This document shows positions 30,495 to 46,194 of a stretch of DNA of 64,000 nucleotides, one piece after another; within the stretch, counting starts at the first letter, position 1; each line of letters opens with the position of its first letter. Below the pieces are notes generated by a model, which was given only the letters and a program-made list of their open reading frames with translations, did not search any database and was not told the origin of the DNA. The DNA is taken from NCBI RefSeq assembly GCF_009914755.1, contig NC_060928.1. One strand, 5' to 3'. The stretch is from the human T2T-CHM13v2.0 reference genome, Homo sapiens. Both the position numbers and the translations under genes were made by a program.

Positions 30495-32200
30495 ATGGAG
30501 GGCTTTCACTGGTTTGGGGGTTTATGGAGTTGGCTGCTTAATAGGATTGGACACAAAAATGCTAAGCACTGTACTTCTAATAGTATGGAGAACAATGATA
30601 GTCCTTTGTGTGAACTGTTTAGAGAGTTATACAAAATAAATGAATTTGACACTCCTGATTCTCTGCTCACGAAAGGCAAGGAGTTTAGGAAATCTATACC
30701 TAATATCTTTGACCATATGTGGAGAACCAAGAAACGTAATGAAGCCTGTTGGTTGCTCCTAAGTTCAGTGAACAAAATTATGAAAGAAAATGATGAACTC
30801 AGGGATTCTATCTCCCAGGTTCAGAAGCGGATACTGAGCCTCAAATCTGCTAAGATCACCCTGAGTGAGAGTCTTATCTCCTGCATAAAAAGAGCTGAAA
30901 TTGTGGAAAAACAGACACAAGCTCTTATCATGCAAGTGGCTGACCTGCAACAAAAGGTGCATGCACAGCCTCACCATGTGTCTACTGTTAAGCGAGGGTA
31001 TTGATCGAAGAATAGGACCCTGAAACTTGGCAAGGGGATGTGTGGGAGGACCCTGATGAAGCTATGGACTCTGAGTTTGTAAAGTCTAATAAAACTTTTT
31101 TGTTTTATTTTGCCAGAAGAAACAACTTCCCCATCCCCAGTAGTGGCAATATCCCATCCCCAACCCATGCTGCCATCAGTCTCTTCACCTTTGTCTGAGG
31201 AGATAAACCCTGTGCTGCCTGAGGCAACAGTGATGGCCTCCCCTAAGGCAGTTGCCAGGCAAGATAATGTTTATTCTCTTCAGGAGCCATCCCCAACACC
31301 TGTTTGCTTCTATACCTATAACTAGACTAAAGTACCAGTGGGCCCTTAGAGGTGAGGTCGAGAGTGTGACCCATGAGGAGATGTGCTACACTAAAAAATA
31401 ACTGCTTGAGTTTTCCAGTTTATATAAACACAAATCTGCATAACTGGCATGAGAATGGATATGAAGGGTGTGGTATAATGGAGGAAGGAGCATAGAGCTG
31501 GATCATGCTGAATTTATTGATTTGGGCCCTCTAAGTAGGGAGTCTGCATTTAATGTTGCAGCTTGAGTTTAAAAAGGTTCTAATAATTTATTTACTTGGT
31601 TATCTGAAATATGGATTAAGAGATGGCCCACTATGAGCTAGCTGGAAATGCTGATCTCCCTGAGTTTAATGTAGAGGAAGAGATCCGAAGGCTTAGGGAG
31701 ATTGGGATGGTGGAGTGAATTAGTCATTTTAGACCTACTCATCCCAGCTATGAGGGTCCAGAAGATACACTCTTGATCAATGCCTTGTGAAATAAATTTG
31801 TTAGGGCAGCACCTGGATCTTTGAAGAGCCCTGTAATTGCTCTTCTCTGTATGTCTGATCTTACAGTGGGAACAGCAGTCGATCAACTACAAAATTTAAA
31901 TACAATAGGAATAATTGGATCCCACAGTGGCAGGGGCCATGTGGAGGCATTAAACCATCAAAGACAAGGTGGGTGTAGCTACCCTAATGGACAGAAGAGG
32001 CAAAGCAGCAATCAGAATAGTCTGACTTATATAGAGCTCTGGCATTGGCTAATTAATCACAGTGTTATTGGAAGTGAAATTGATAGGAAACCTACTGCAT
32101 TTCTGCTTAATTTATACAAGCAGAAAACTTCTATGTCAAATGGACAAAAGACAAATTTGAATTACAAAAGCAGAGAATCACAGCCCCTCAGTTAATTTCC
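30495..32200 (+). pseudogene. HERV-L gag, disrupted
   Basis: ORF fragments 30495..31004 and 31821..32195 with ERVL gag-like sequence; stops and frameshifts between them. Confidence 0.8.
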
Positions 32201-32389
32201 AGACTTCAGCCAGTTTAGAGACCCAGAACCTCTTGAATGAAGGGAAGGCCAGGTCCCTTTCAGTAAGGACCCCACTACATTATGGGACAATTTATGCAGT
32301 GAAACTTTCTCCCATCCTTCCCCAAAGAGAACTGTGGCTTTTTACCAGGGTGACTGTGTATTGGAGAAAGATAAATAATCAGGCATTTG

Positions 32390-35300
32390 GGGACTACTGG
32401 ACACTGGCTCTGAGCTGATGTTGATTCCAGGGGACTCAAAACATCATTGTGGTCCTCCATTTACAGTAGGGGCTTAGGGAGGCCAAGAAATTAATGGAGT
32501 TTTAGCTCAGGTCCAACTTACAATGGGTCCAGTGGATCCCCGGACTCATTGTGTGGTCATTTCCCCAGTGCCAGAATGCACAATTGGCATAGACATACTT
32601 AGCAGTTGGCAGAACCACCACATTGGCTCCCTGAGTGGTAGGGTGAGGGCTATTATGGTGGAAAAGGCCAAATGGAAACCATTAGAGCTGCCTTTACCTA
32701 GAAAAACTGTAAATCAAAAACAATATTTCATCCCAGGAGGAATTTCAGATTAGTGCCACCATCAAAGATGCAGGGGTGGTGATTTCTACCATATCCATGT
32801 TTAACTCTCCCATTTGGGTTGTGCAGAAGACAGATGGATCTTGGGAATTACAGTGGATTACTGACAGCTTAACCAAGTGGTGACTCCAATTGCAGCTGGT
32901 CTATCAGATGTGGTTTTATTGCTTGAGCAAATTAACACATCTGCTGGAAGCTGGTATGCAGTCATTGACTGGGCAAATGCCTTTTTCTCCATTTCTGTCC
33001 ATAAGACCCACCAGAAGTAATTTGCCTTCAGCTGGAAAGACCGCCAATGTACCTTTGCTCTCCTACCTCAGGGGTATATCAACTCTCCAGCTTTGTGTCA
33101 TAATCTTATTCAGAGAGTCCTTGGTTGCTTTTTGCTTCTGCAAGATATCACACTGGTCCATAACATTGATGACATTATGCTGATTGGAGCCAGTGAGCAA
33201 GGAGTAGCAAACACACTGAACTTATTGATGAGACATTTGTGTGCCAGAGGATGCAAGACAAATCTGACTAAAATTCAGGGACTTTCTACCTCAGTACAGC
33301 TTCTAGGATTCCAGTGCTGTGGGGTCTGTTGAGATATTCCTCCTAAGGTGGATGATAAGTTGCTGCATTTGGCCCCTCCTACAGCCAAAGAAAGGAACAC
33401 CAACTAGTGGGCCTATTTGGATTTTGGAGGCCGCACATTTTTCATTTGGGTGTGTTACTCTGGCATATTTATCAAGTGACCCAAAAGGCTGCCAGTTTTG
33501 AGTGTGTTCAAAGCAGGAGAAGGCTCTTCAACAGTTCCAGGCTGCTGTGAAAGCTGATCTATTACTTGCTCTACCACTCTGCGATTGGACCCAGCACATC
33601 CAATGGTGCTTAATTTGTCAGAGTCAGGGAGAAATGCTGTTTGGAGCCTCTGTCAGGCCTGTATAGGTTAATCACAGTGGAGGTCTCTAGGAATTTTGCG
33701 CAAGCCCTGCCGTCTTCTGCAAGTAACTCTTCCTTTTGAGAGAATGCTCTTGGCCTGTTACTGGGCTTTGGTAGAAACTGAACATTTGACTATGGGTCAT
33801 CAAGTCACCATGCAACCAGAAGGGCCTATCATGAACTGGGTGCTTTCTGACCCATCTAGCCATAAAGTAGGTCATGCACAGCAGCATTCTATTATGAAAT
33901 GGAAGTGGTATATACGTGACTGGTCTCAAGCAGGTCCTAAAGGCAAAAGTAAATTACATGAGGAAGTGTCTCAAATGCCCATGGTCTCCACTCCTGCCAC
34001 CCTGCCTTTTCTCCCCCAGCCTGTACTGATGGCATCATGGGGAGTTTTCTATAATCAGAGAAAGAGGAAGAGAAAACTAGGGCCTTGTTCACAGATGGTT
34101 CTGCAGGATATGCAGGAACCAACTGAAAGTAGACAGCTGCACCACCACAGCCCCTTCCTAGGACATCCATGAAGGGCAGCAGTGAAAAAATATCTTTCCA
34201 GTCAGCAGAACTTTGAGCAGTGCATCTGATTGTGCACTTTGCATGGAAAGAGAAATGGCCAGATATGTGTCTATCTACTGATTCATGGGATGCAGCCAAT
34301 GGTTTGTTTGGATGGTCAGGGACTTGGAAGAAGCATGATTGGAAAATTGGTGACAAAGACATTTAGGGAAGAAATATATGGATGGACTTTTCTGAGTGGT
34401 AAAAAACTGTGAAGATATTTGTATCCCTTGTGAGTGCTCACCAATGGGTGACCCCAGCAGAAGAGGATTTTAATAATCAAATGGATAGGATGACCTACAC
34501 TCTCTGGGCACCACTCGGCCTCTTTCTCCAGCCTCTCCTATCATTGCCCAACAGGCTCATGAAAAAAGTGGCTATGGTGAAAGGGATGGAGGTTACACAT
34601 GCTCTTAGAAACATGAACTTCCACTCACCAAGGCTAACCTGGCTACGGCCACAGCTGAGTGTCCAATTAGCCAGCAGCAGAGACCAACACTGAGCCCTCA
34701 CTATGGCACCATTCATTAGGGTGATCAGCCAGCTGCCTGGTGGCAGGTTAATTATATTGGACCTCTTCTATCATGGAAAGGGCAGAGGATTGTCCTCACT
34801 GGAATAGACACCTACTCCGGATATGGGGTTTCCTATCTTGCACCCAGTGCTTCTGCCAAGACTACCATCCATGGACTCATGGAATGCTTTATCTGCACAG
34901 CATTGCCTCTGACCATGACACTCACTTTACTGCTAAAGAAGAGCAGCATTGGGCTCATGCTCATGGAATTCACTGGTCATTCATGGGCTCATGCTCATGG
35001 AATACATGGAATTACCATGTTCCCCATCATCCTGAAGTAGCTGGATTGATAGAATGATGGAATGGCCTTTTGAAGTCACAATTACAATGCCAACTAGGTG
35101 ACAGTACTTTTTAGGGCTGGGGAAAAGTTCTCCAGAAGGCCATGTATACTCTGAATAAGTATCCAATATATGGTACTCTTTCTCCCATAGCCAGGATTCA
35201 CGGGTCCGGGATTCAAGAGGTTAAAGTGGAAGTGGCACTACTCATCATCCCCCCTAGTGATCCACTAACAAAATTTTTGCTTCCTGTTCCTGCAACATTA

Positions 35301-35760
35301 CATTCGGCTGGCTTACAGGTTTTAGTTCCAGAGGGAGGAACACTGCCACCAGGAGACACAACAATGATTCCATTAAACTGGAAGTTAAGATTGCCACCTG
35401 AGCTTGCAGTGAGCCGAGATCATGACACTGCACTCCAGCCTGGGCGACATAGCAAGAACGCGTCTTAAAAAAAAAAAATTGCCACCTGGATACTTTGGGT
35501 TTTTCCTACCTTTATGTCAATAGACTAAGAAGGGAGTTTCAGTGTTGGCCTGGGTGATTGACCCAGACTATCAAGATGAAATCAGTCTACTTCTCCACAA
35601 TAGAGATAAGGAAGAGTATGCAGGGAATACAGGAGATCCATTAGGGCATCTCTTAGTATTACCATTCCCTGAGATGAAGGTCAATGGGAAACTACATTAG
35701 CCGAAACCAGGCAGGAATATAAATGGCCCACACACTTCAGGAGTGAAGGTTTACGTAACT
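32390..35760 (+). pseudogene. HERV-L pro/pol/integrase/dUTPase, disrupted
   Basis: LDTG protease motif (ctactggacactggc), RT motif reads HNIDD instead of YIDD, WKWYI, LVPEGGTLPPGDT dUTPase-like segment. Confidence 0.85.
35400..35478 (+). mobile_element. Severely 5'-truncated AluY-like insertion in the HERV-L dUTPase region
   Basis: GAGCTTGCAGTGAGCCGAGAT...poly(A); TSD ATTGCCACCTG at 35390-35400 and 35478-35488. Confidence 0.92.
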
Positions 35761-36215
35761 CCACCAGGAAAAAAAAAAAAAAAAAACATGACCTGCTGAG
35801 ATGCTTGCTGAAAGCAAAAGGAATACAGAATGGGTAGTAGAAGAAGGTAGCCATCAATACCAGCTACAATCATGTGACCAGTTGCAGAAACGAGGACTGT
35901 TAATTATCATGAATATGTCCTCCTTCTTTTGTTAAAAACATGATTGTGCATGTATACACTTGTGCTAAGAAAATATCTTCATTTTATTTTATTTTTCTTT
36001 TATCATGTGACATAAAATTTATTGACTTCATATCAGCATTTAAGTATTGTTAACTTTATGTAATAGCATTTGGGTTGGAGATTGGTGCTTTTCTGGTTGT
36101 AGGAAGGATAGTTGTATTATGTTAGGCATAATTATGACCTTACTATTGTCTTTATTTGAAGATTATATATGATCTTAAAAGATGTGTATGAGTTCAAGTT
36201 GACAAGGGGTGAGCT

Positions 36216-36650
36216 TGTGATGGTTAATACTGAGTGTCAATTTGATTGGATTGAAGGATGCAAAGTATTGATCCTGGGTGTGTCTGTGAGGGTGTTGCCA
36301 AAGGAGATTAACATTTGAGTCAGTGGGCTGGGGAAGGTAGACCCACCCTTAATCTGGGTGGGCACCATTTAATCAGCTTCCAGCAGATACAAAGCAGGCA
36401 GAAAATTGTGAAAAGGCTAGACTGACCTAGCTTCCCAGGCTACATCTTTCTTTCATGCTGGATGCTTCCTGCCCTTGAACACTGGACTCCAAGTTCTTCA
36501 GTTTTGGAACTCAGACTGGCTCTCTTTGCTCTTCAGCTTGCAGACAGCCTATTGTGGGACCTTGTAGTCATGTAAGTTAATATTTAATAAATTCATATAT
36601 ATATATATATATCTCCTATTATTTCTATTTTTCTAGAGAATCCTAATACA
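36216..36650 (+). mobile_element. 3' LTR, MLT2A1-like
   Basis: Direct repeat of the 5' LTR; ends CCTAATACA. Confidence 0.92.
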
Positions 36651-37119
36651 CTTCATGACACAAATAATCTTAAACATCACAACAAAATATAATTGCTAGG
36701 AATAAGCTGATCAAAAAATGTGATCTAAATAGATTTATTTTTATAGATAGTTATATTTTTCCATTAAGTTAATTATTTTTCATAAAATATAGATATACAT
36801 CTTATTATAAAAGGGCACTGATTTGCTATATTTATTACATACACTTCTATAAATTCACAACCAATATTCCTCCATTTTTTAAAGTAGGAGATTTAAAATA
36901 AGCTATATATTCTCTGAAAAAGTAGAAAATAGACTAACAACAGAAATAATTGATCAACAATGGTAATAAACTATAAGTAATATTCAAACCAGTGTTATAA
37001 TATAATAGATGGTGCAACCAGAATCCTCTTACAAAAGCTAACTGAGCAATATCATCATCACTATTTTGAGATATGAAGACTTCTGAAAAGGTAGATTCTA
37101 TTACTTTCTTCATTATTGT

Positions 37120-37575
37120 GTATTGCATATTAGTAGCATTCTGGCAGTCAACAGATGGAAAATACAAGAGGTAATTGGAGAGTATCTAATAAAAGAAGTA
37201 GTTACAAAGGTATAGGTATGGTCAGGAAAGCAAAAGGGGAGTCATAACCTAAGGACAAGGGAAAAGCCTTTAACTGTTCCAGGTCTGATAGGGAAAGGTA
37301 GGTAACAATCGCCTGAAGCCAGCAGAAGCTATAAGAAAAGACTATCTAATGAAAGCACTTGCCTAATATGGAGAAAAAATAAACAAATAAACAACTACAA
37401 CAAAAAAATCCCAGTCACTTTCCAACCAAGTCCTCTGGGTGGAAACTCATGAAATAAATAGCTGTTGGCCCTTCCTGCTGGCACGCTAGGTCTTGCTGGT
37501 GGTGCTCCTTATAAGCCACAGTCAGCCAGAACCCAGAGGGCAAGAGACTGTAGGTAACACTGGAAAAACACGTTA
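37120..37575 (-). mobile_element. Old ERVL-class LTR relic (LTR33-like)
   Basis: aacagatggaaaatacaa...gtaattggagag...ttacaaagg resembles LTR33. Confidence 0.5.
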
Positions 37576-37576
37576 T

Positions 37577-37890
37577 ATTACGTCAGTTCTCTAGTATGCC
37601 TGTAACAAAGTAACATAAATTTAGCAATTTAGACAAAACAAAGTTATTATTTTACAGTGTTGGAGGATAAGAAGTCAGGCACCAGTCTCACCTGGCTCAA
37701 ATCAAGGTGTTGGCTTAGCTATATTCCTTTATGGTGGCTCTAGGCAAAAGTCTGTGCTTTTGTTGTTCTTTGTTTGTTTGTTGTCTTTTAGTGTCTAGAG
37801 GCCATCTCATCCCTTGGCTCTGGTGGTGACCCCCTTCCAATGTCTCAATGCTAGCAGTGTTTCATGTCTGTTACCCTGCAACTGCATTCT
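37577..37890 (-). mobile_element. MLT1C/D-like LTR fragment
   Basis: ctgtaacaaagtaacataaa...ggctcaaatcaaggtgttggc...tctagaggcc. Confidence 0.7.
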
Positions 37891-38273
37891 CTTCCCTTTC
37901 TTCTTGTCTCCTCTTCCCTCTGCCCTCCCCAAAGTCCCAGTCAGTATCTATCAATTTTTAGCAAATAATATCAAGAGCTAGAGAAATAATATACCCTCTC
38001 TCTAGAAATAGAAAGAGGGTATATTATTCTCAAATTTCAAAGATAATGCCCAACTATACCTAGGTAGAACATCAAAAAAATGAAATAAAAAAGGAAGAGT
38101 AATGCTTAAAAAATTCTGTACAATGACATCTCCTCAGAATTGTAAACTATATAAGTAAACTTATATAAAGCTTTGTAGGATGGAGTTGTAATGAAAGAAT
38201 CTTCTTTAAAGTTAAATTGTCAATCATCTATAAAGGCAACATAAAATATTCAGTGACAAAAGCTTAAAAACAC

Positions 38274-38735
38274 TGCAGGTTAGTTATCTTCATAGACTTG
38301 CACCAACTCAGTTCTCCCCACTTTTTCACTTGCAGTTTTCAAGGATAACATTGCAGCATGCTCTGGGAGTGTAGCATCCTGAGCTAGAGAGGGACTGTTG
38401 AAACAGCTCCAGCTCTGCTCCAGTGCCCTGTGTAACACCACGCCTTTCAACATTGCAGCCCAGTGCACTGTCTCAGCCTCCAGATATAAAACCCAGGGCA
38501 CGCTGCTTTTCAGGGTCCCTAAGCTGTGGTGCAAGTAGTGCATGCACAGACAGTCTCTGTCTATGCCAAGCAGCTTTCATGAGCCTTGAGGAGCTGGCTG
38601 GTAATGAATTCTAATCTTTTGTTGTCCCTTGTGCCTATTTGTGAGTAATCAATCTACTTCATGTCACTTGTTGTACAGGAAGTGTTCTGACTCACCAGAG
38701 TCAAACAGGTTGGTAACCAGTGAACCTGCTTCACA
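38274..38735 (+). mobile_element. ERV solo LTR (family uncertain)
   Basis: GC-richer block with TATAAAA box, poly(A)-signal-like AGTAAT and terminal gtgaacctgcttcaca. Confidence 0.6.
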
Positions 38736-39477
38736 CATACTTTAATTAAAAATTCTTCATGTACATTTCACAATAATTAAAAGATGAATTAAAAATAAAA
38801 ATTCAAGAATGGAAAATCCATGTCATTAGCAGTACAGATAACGTCATCCCAAATTTGAAAAAGTTGAATTAAATTAAATTTAAAGAATAACAAGAATTTA
38901 AAAAGCTCTACAATATTGGCCATGGCTATTGTTTAAAAAACTTACAGTGATTACATAAAAATATCATGGTATTACTCCATTCTTGCACTGCAGTAAAGAA
39001 ACTGAGAGTAGAAAATTTATAAAGAAAATAGGTTTAATTGGCTCACAATTCTGCAGGCTTCTTCTTCTGGGGAGGCCTCAGGAAACTTAAAATCATGGCA
39101 GAACATGAAGAGGAAGCAAGCACATCTTCACATGACAAGCAAGAGAGAAAGAGCGAGAGAGAGAGAGAGAGCAAGTGAGCGTGGGAAGAGGGAAGTGGTA
39201 CACACTTTCAAACAACCACATATTCTGGGAACTTACTCGCTATTATGAGAACAGCAAGGGGGATATTTACATTCGTGATCCAGTCACCTCCTACCAGGCC
39301 CCTCCTCCAACCTGATGATTCAACATGAGACTTGGGTGGGGACACAGAGCCAACCCTCATCATTCCACCCCTGGCCACTCCCAAATCTCATGTCCTCACA
39401 TTACAAAACATAATCATGTCACACCAACAATCCTCCAAAGTCTTAACCCATTCTGGCATTAACTGAGAAGTCCAAGT

Positions 39478-40777
<1,300 letters not shown>

Positions 40778-43128
40778 AAGTTCAAGTCCAAATTCTCATC
40801 TGAGACAAGGTAAGCCCCTTCCACCTATTATTCTGTAAAATCAAAAACAAGTTAGTTTTTTCCAAGATACAAGAGTGTACACGCATTGGATAAATGTTTC
40901 CATTCCAAATGGAAGAAATTGGCAAAAACAAAGTGGCTAAAAGCCCCATACAATTCTGAAACTCATCAGGGCAGTCATTAAATCTTAAAGCTTCAAAATA
41001 ATCTCCTTTGGCTTTATGTCTCACATCCAGGGCACACTGATGCAAGAAGTGGGCTTCCAAGGCATTGGGCAGCTCCGCCCCTGTGGCTCTGCAAGGTACA
41101 GCCCCCATGCTTGCTTTTGCTGGCTGACATTGAGTGGCTGTGGCTTTTCCAGGCACATCACACAAGCTGTCAGTGGATCTTCCATTCTGGGGTGTGGAGG
41201 ACAGTGGACCTCTTCTCACAGCTAAACTAGGCAATATCCTGGTAGGGACTCTGTGTGAGTGCTCTAACCCCACATTTCTCCTCTGCACTGCCCTCATAGA
41301 GCTTCTCCATGAGGGCTCCACCCCGTAGCAGACTTCCGTCTGGACATCCAGACATTTCCACACTTCCTCTGAAATCTAGATGAAGGCTCCTAATCCTGAA
41401 CTCCTGCCCTCTGTGCAACCACAGGCTTAACACCACACGGAAGCCATCAACTCTTGGAGCTTGCAACGTCTGAAGCAATGGTTCAGGCTGTATCTTGGCC
41501 CCTGTTAGCCACAGCTGGAGTTAGAGACTCTGGGACACTGGGCACCATGTCTCAAGGCTGTACAGAGCAGCAGGGCTCTGTGCGTGGCCCATGAAACAAT
41601 TTTTCACTCCTTAGCCTTCAGGTCTGTGATGAAAAGGGAAACTCTGAAGGTCTCTGAAATGCCTTGAAGACATTTTCCTGATTTTTGTTGCTATAAATAT
41701 TTGACTACTCTTTAATTATTCAAACTTCTGAAGCTGGTTGAATTTCTCCCCAGAATATGGGTTTTTATTTTCTACCACATGGTAAAGTGCAACTTTTTCA
41801 AACTTTTATTCTCTGCTTCCCTTTTAAATATAAGTACCAATTTCAGACCATCTCTTTGCAAACACACATGAGCAAACACTATTAGAAGTGGCCAGGTTAC
41901 AGTTTGAATGCTTTACTGCTTAGAAATTTATTCTGCCAGATACACCAAATCATCTCTTTTCACGTTTAAAGTTCCACAGATCTCTACAGCAGGGGCAAAA
42001 TGCTGCCAATCTCTTTGGTAAAGCACAGCAAAAATCGTCTTTACTCCAGTTTCCAATAAGTTCCTCATCTCCATCTGAGACAATCTCAGGCAGGACATCA
42101 CTGTCCATATGACTATCAGCATTTTAATGGCAACCATTCATCAAGTTTCTAGGGAATTCCAAACATTCTCTCATCTTCCTATTTTTTTCTGAGCCCTTCA
42201 AACTGTTCCAACCTCTGCCTATCACCCAGTTCCAAAGCTGCTTCCACATTTTCAGGTATCTTTATAGCAATGCCCCATTTCTTGATATGAATTTTCTGTA
42301 TTAGTCCATTTTCACACTGCTATAAAAAACTATCTGAGACTGGGTATTTTATGAAAGGAAAAGGCTTAATTGACTCACAATTCTGCATGCTGTACAGAAT
42401 TGTCCTTCTGAGGAGGACTCAGGAAACTTACAATCATAGTGGAACATGAAGGAAAAGCAAGCACTTCTTCACGTGGCCAGCAGGAGGGAGAGAGAGAGAG
42501 GTAGAGAGAGAGAAAGAGAGAGAGAGAGAGGAGGGGGAAATGCTACACACTTTCAAACAACCAGATCTTGTGAGAACTCACTAACTCTCATGAGAACAGC
42601 AAAGGGGAAATTTGCCCCCATGATACAGTCACCTCCCACCAGGTCCCTCCTCCAATAATGAAGATCACAATTCAACATGAGATTGGGTTGGGGACATACA
42701 GCCAAACAATATCAATCATTATATTTTATATAAAGTTTTTAAAAGCTTATCAATTTATATTATTATATGTCTGAGTATCACTTTTTAGTATATTTTGCAA
42801 CGATATTTTCCCTCATTAGGATAATTATTTGTCCCATCATTCATTAAACATTTTCATTATTCCCACAACCATATCTATTTATTTACATTCTTGGGTTTCT
42901 GGATGTTCTATTTTATTTCATAGGTTTTATTACAACTGGGATCCATATATATGGAAAGATAATGGCTGCGTACATTGCAGAATTTTTACAAGGACTAATG
43001 CATTTTGAAATGTCTTCCTTTATGATGTTTGCATATTGCAAGATTTTCTCAATGTGTATATATAATTGTATATACTCTTTCTAAAATATGTCTATCTACT
43101 TTATTGATTATACCCAGAGGCATATCTA

Positions 43129-43462
<334 letters not shown>

Positions 43463-44019
43463 AGAATATCTACAAGAGAAAGCCTTTTTAATAAGTGTTC
43501 AGATATACCATTCCACATATTTTCTTATTTCTCAGCATGCTAATGTGGGAACAAGACTTAAGCTGAAACTTAAAATTTCTAGACTTCTGGATTATTTTAT
43601 TCTTTCAGATTTTGCTGTATTTTATGACTCATCAAAGATCATTTTAGTTCAATTCCAAAAAGTATATGCAACATTATTTCAAGTAGTGATAACAAGGTTC
43701 TTTCACATCTGTTAAATAACTCAAAAGTTTATTGGGCAAACTTTCCAGATTAAAAGTGGTTATTAATCTTACATATGTTAGTATTAAACTCTTTTCCTCT
43801 TTCTGTTAGAGTAACAGTATCATCCAGATGCCAGATTTGTGTCCCAAGTACATTAGTTTACTCATTTATGAGTTCCTCATGCTTGTAAATATTCATTTGT
43901 TCAACTCATACTATCTTGATGAACTGAAACCTGCAATTGCACCTTTAGAAAATAACTGTAAAACCTTATCTGTCAGTTGGTAATAATATTACCAATTGAT
44001 TTTTATAAAATATTGTAGC

Positions 44020-44205
44020 ATCAGAAATCCCAACATTTATCACATGTAACTCAGTAAGATATTTTGCCACAAAACCAAAAATAAAAGGTAACTTGTAGGA
44101 TGAGGTGAAGGTTAATTTGACCCACTTTAGTAAACTTTTACTATCTCTGTGTATCAGGTATCATGTTGTATGACTTAAATATACACAATAAAATGTATGT
44201 TAAAA
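44020..44205 (+). mobile_element. L1M 3' end fragment
   Basis: aaggtaact...gttaattt...catgttgtatgacttaaatatacacaataaaat. Confidence 0.55.
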
Positions 44206-44766
44206 AATTTAATAACATTAAAGCCATTATAAAAATATCAATAGTATATATAAATTACTACTTAAGACAATAATAGCTTGCTTTACATTATTGTATTTCT
44301 TTTTCTGGTGGGGGTGGGGGTCTTGCATCAATAACAGCCATGAACATGTGTCTTTCATTCATCCATCCCTCTATCCATTAATCCATCCATCTATCCATCA
44401 AGCCTTCCATCCTTGGATATATAGTAAGGCCTTTAGCAAAGTGTCTGGCACTTAGTAAGTGTTCAACAAGTGTGAGCTATTGATAGTTATTTGCTCATGT
44501 AATGTTTCCTTTAGAATCCCATCCACCCCAGACTTCAGATCTTGTTATTTGCCTTCATAGCCTTGACTACTTCCACTTCAAGGTATTTGTTAAAATTGCA
44601 GCTTTATACTTTACCAAGTCTTTTTTGTCAGCCTCCATTTCTCTCTAATCCATAGCCCTGTGAAAGCAGGGTTTATTTTTGTTTTCTTACCTAAGAGGAT
44701 ATTTGGCACACGGTAGGTAGGTGTCCAAGAAAGAGTGGATTGATGGGTAGATGGATGGATAAATGC

Positions 44767-44808
<42 letters not shown>
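44767..44808. repeat. (GATA)n tetranucleotide STR within GATG-rich tract
   Basis: About 10 perfect TAGA units. Confidence 0.95.
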
Positions 44809-45796
44809 GGATAAAAGGATAGATGGATAGATGGATAGACAAATGACAGATGCATGTTTATGACAGATATTGATGATAACCATGCCCTCCGCAGGAGAAA
44901 AAACTTGATAATGTAAAAAACAATAAAAATTATAAATCTTGTGCTGAATATTTGTGGTCCAATTTTAAATTTAATTTAAATTTAAATTCATTTAATGTCC
45001 ATTTTTAATTTTGATATCAAAATGTGATTTCTATTTCTGTAGACATTAGTAAAAAAACACATTAACCCCTGAAAACTGAAAACTTTTGTACATTGGTGAA
45101 TTGAGCTGATGGTCTATGGCTAGTTCTATCTGGACAAGGCTCAAGTTTTTAACATTTGTCATGATGATTGACATTAATAAGTTCCTTGACTGGCAGCACT
45201 AACAAAAGAAAAACCCTGTGAGATGAACTTACGACCTTCCATCTCTCCCAGAACTGAGCACTTTTATCGAGTATTTGGAATGTAAGGTAGAGGAAGAAGT
45301 CACCTCTGTTTTATACCATGTGAATCCTCTAATTAGAGAATCAATTGTCTTTTAGCCTTCTCATTTGCGAGTTCCAAATTTGTGTTTGAAAGTTACACAA
45401 TGTTAAAGCTGCTTTCAGATATTTGAAAATAATATAGCTTTCTAGTGCAATGAAAATAAGCACAATTTAGGCAGTGATAAATATTGTATACGTTATTTTA
45501 TTATATAAAATTCATAGTTTTTATAGTACTTGATTTTGAAAAATGTGTATTTAGACCAAATAAAGGCCACAATTAGAGGTAACAATTGTGCTCTGAATAT
45601 AAGCAATGTAAGAGCTGTTTGTCTTATAAACTGGTCTTTTTCTAGGAAACAGAAGTACTGACTCTTGCAGTCATAAACACAGGTGGGTTGCTCTCTTAGT
45701 GTCTTGATCTTTCCTTTTCTGGTAAATCATCACTCTGAAACCATATTTTTCCTTGATTGAAATTGAGTCATAGAAGCTTAGAATAATGGAAAGTTT

Positions 45797-46194
<398 letters not shown>

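Larger units (their letters stand above)
29893..36650 (+). mobile_element. Full-length HERV-L provirus (LTR-gag-pol-dUTPase-LTR, no env)
   Basis: TG...CA LTRs, TSD CTTCA (29888-29892, 36651-36655), PPT gacaaggggtgagct before the 3' LTR. Confidence 0.95.

Noticed and set aside
40782-41363. 193-aa ORF and similar ORFs at 24836-25725
   Set aside because: Remnants of MaLR internal sequence, not cellular genes.
44355-44840. (TCCA)n and (TGGA/TAGA)n tracts facing each other like terminal inverted repeats
   Set aside because: Low-complexity tracts probably derived from L2/MIR tails; no TSD or specific homology.
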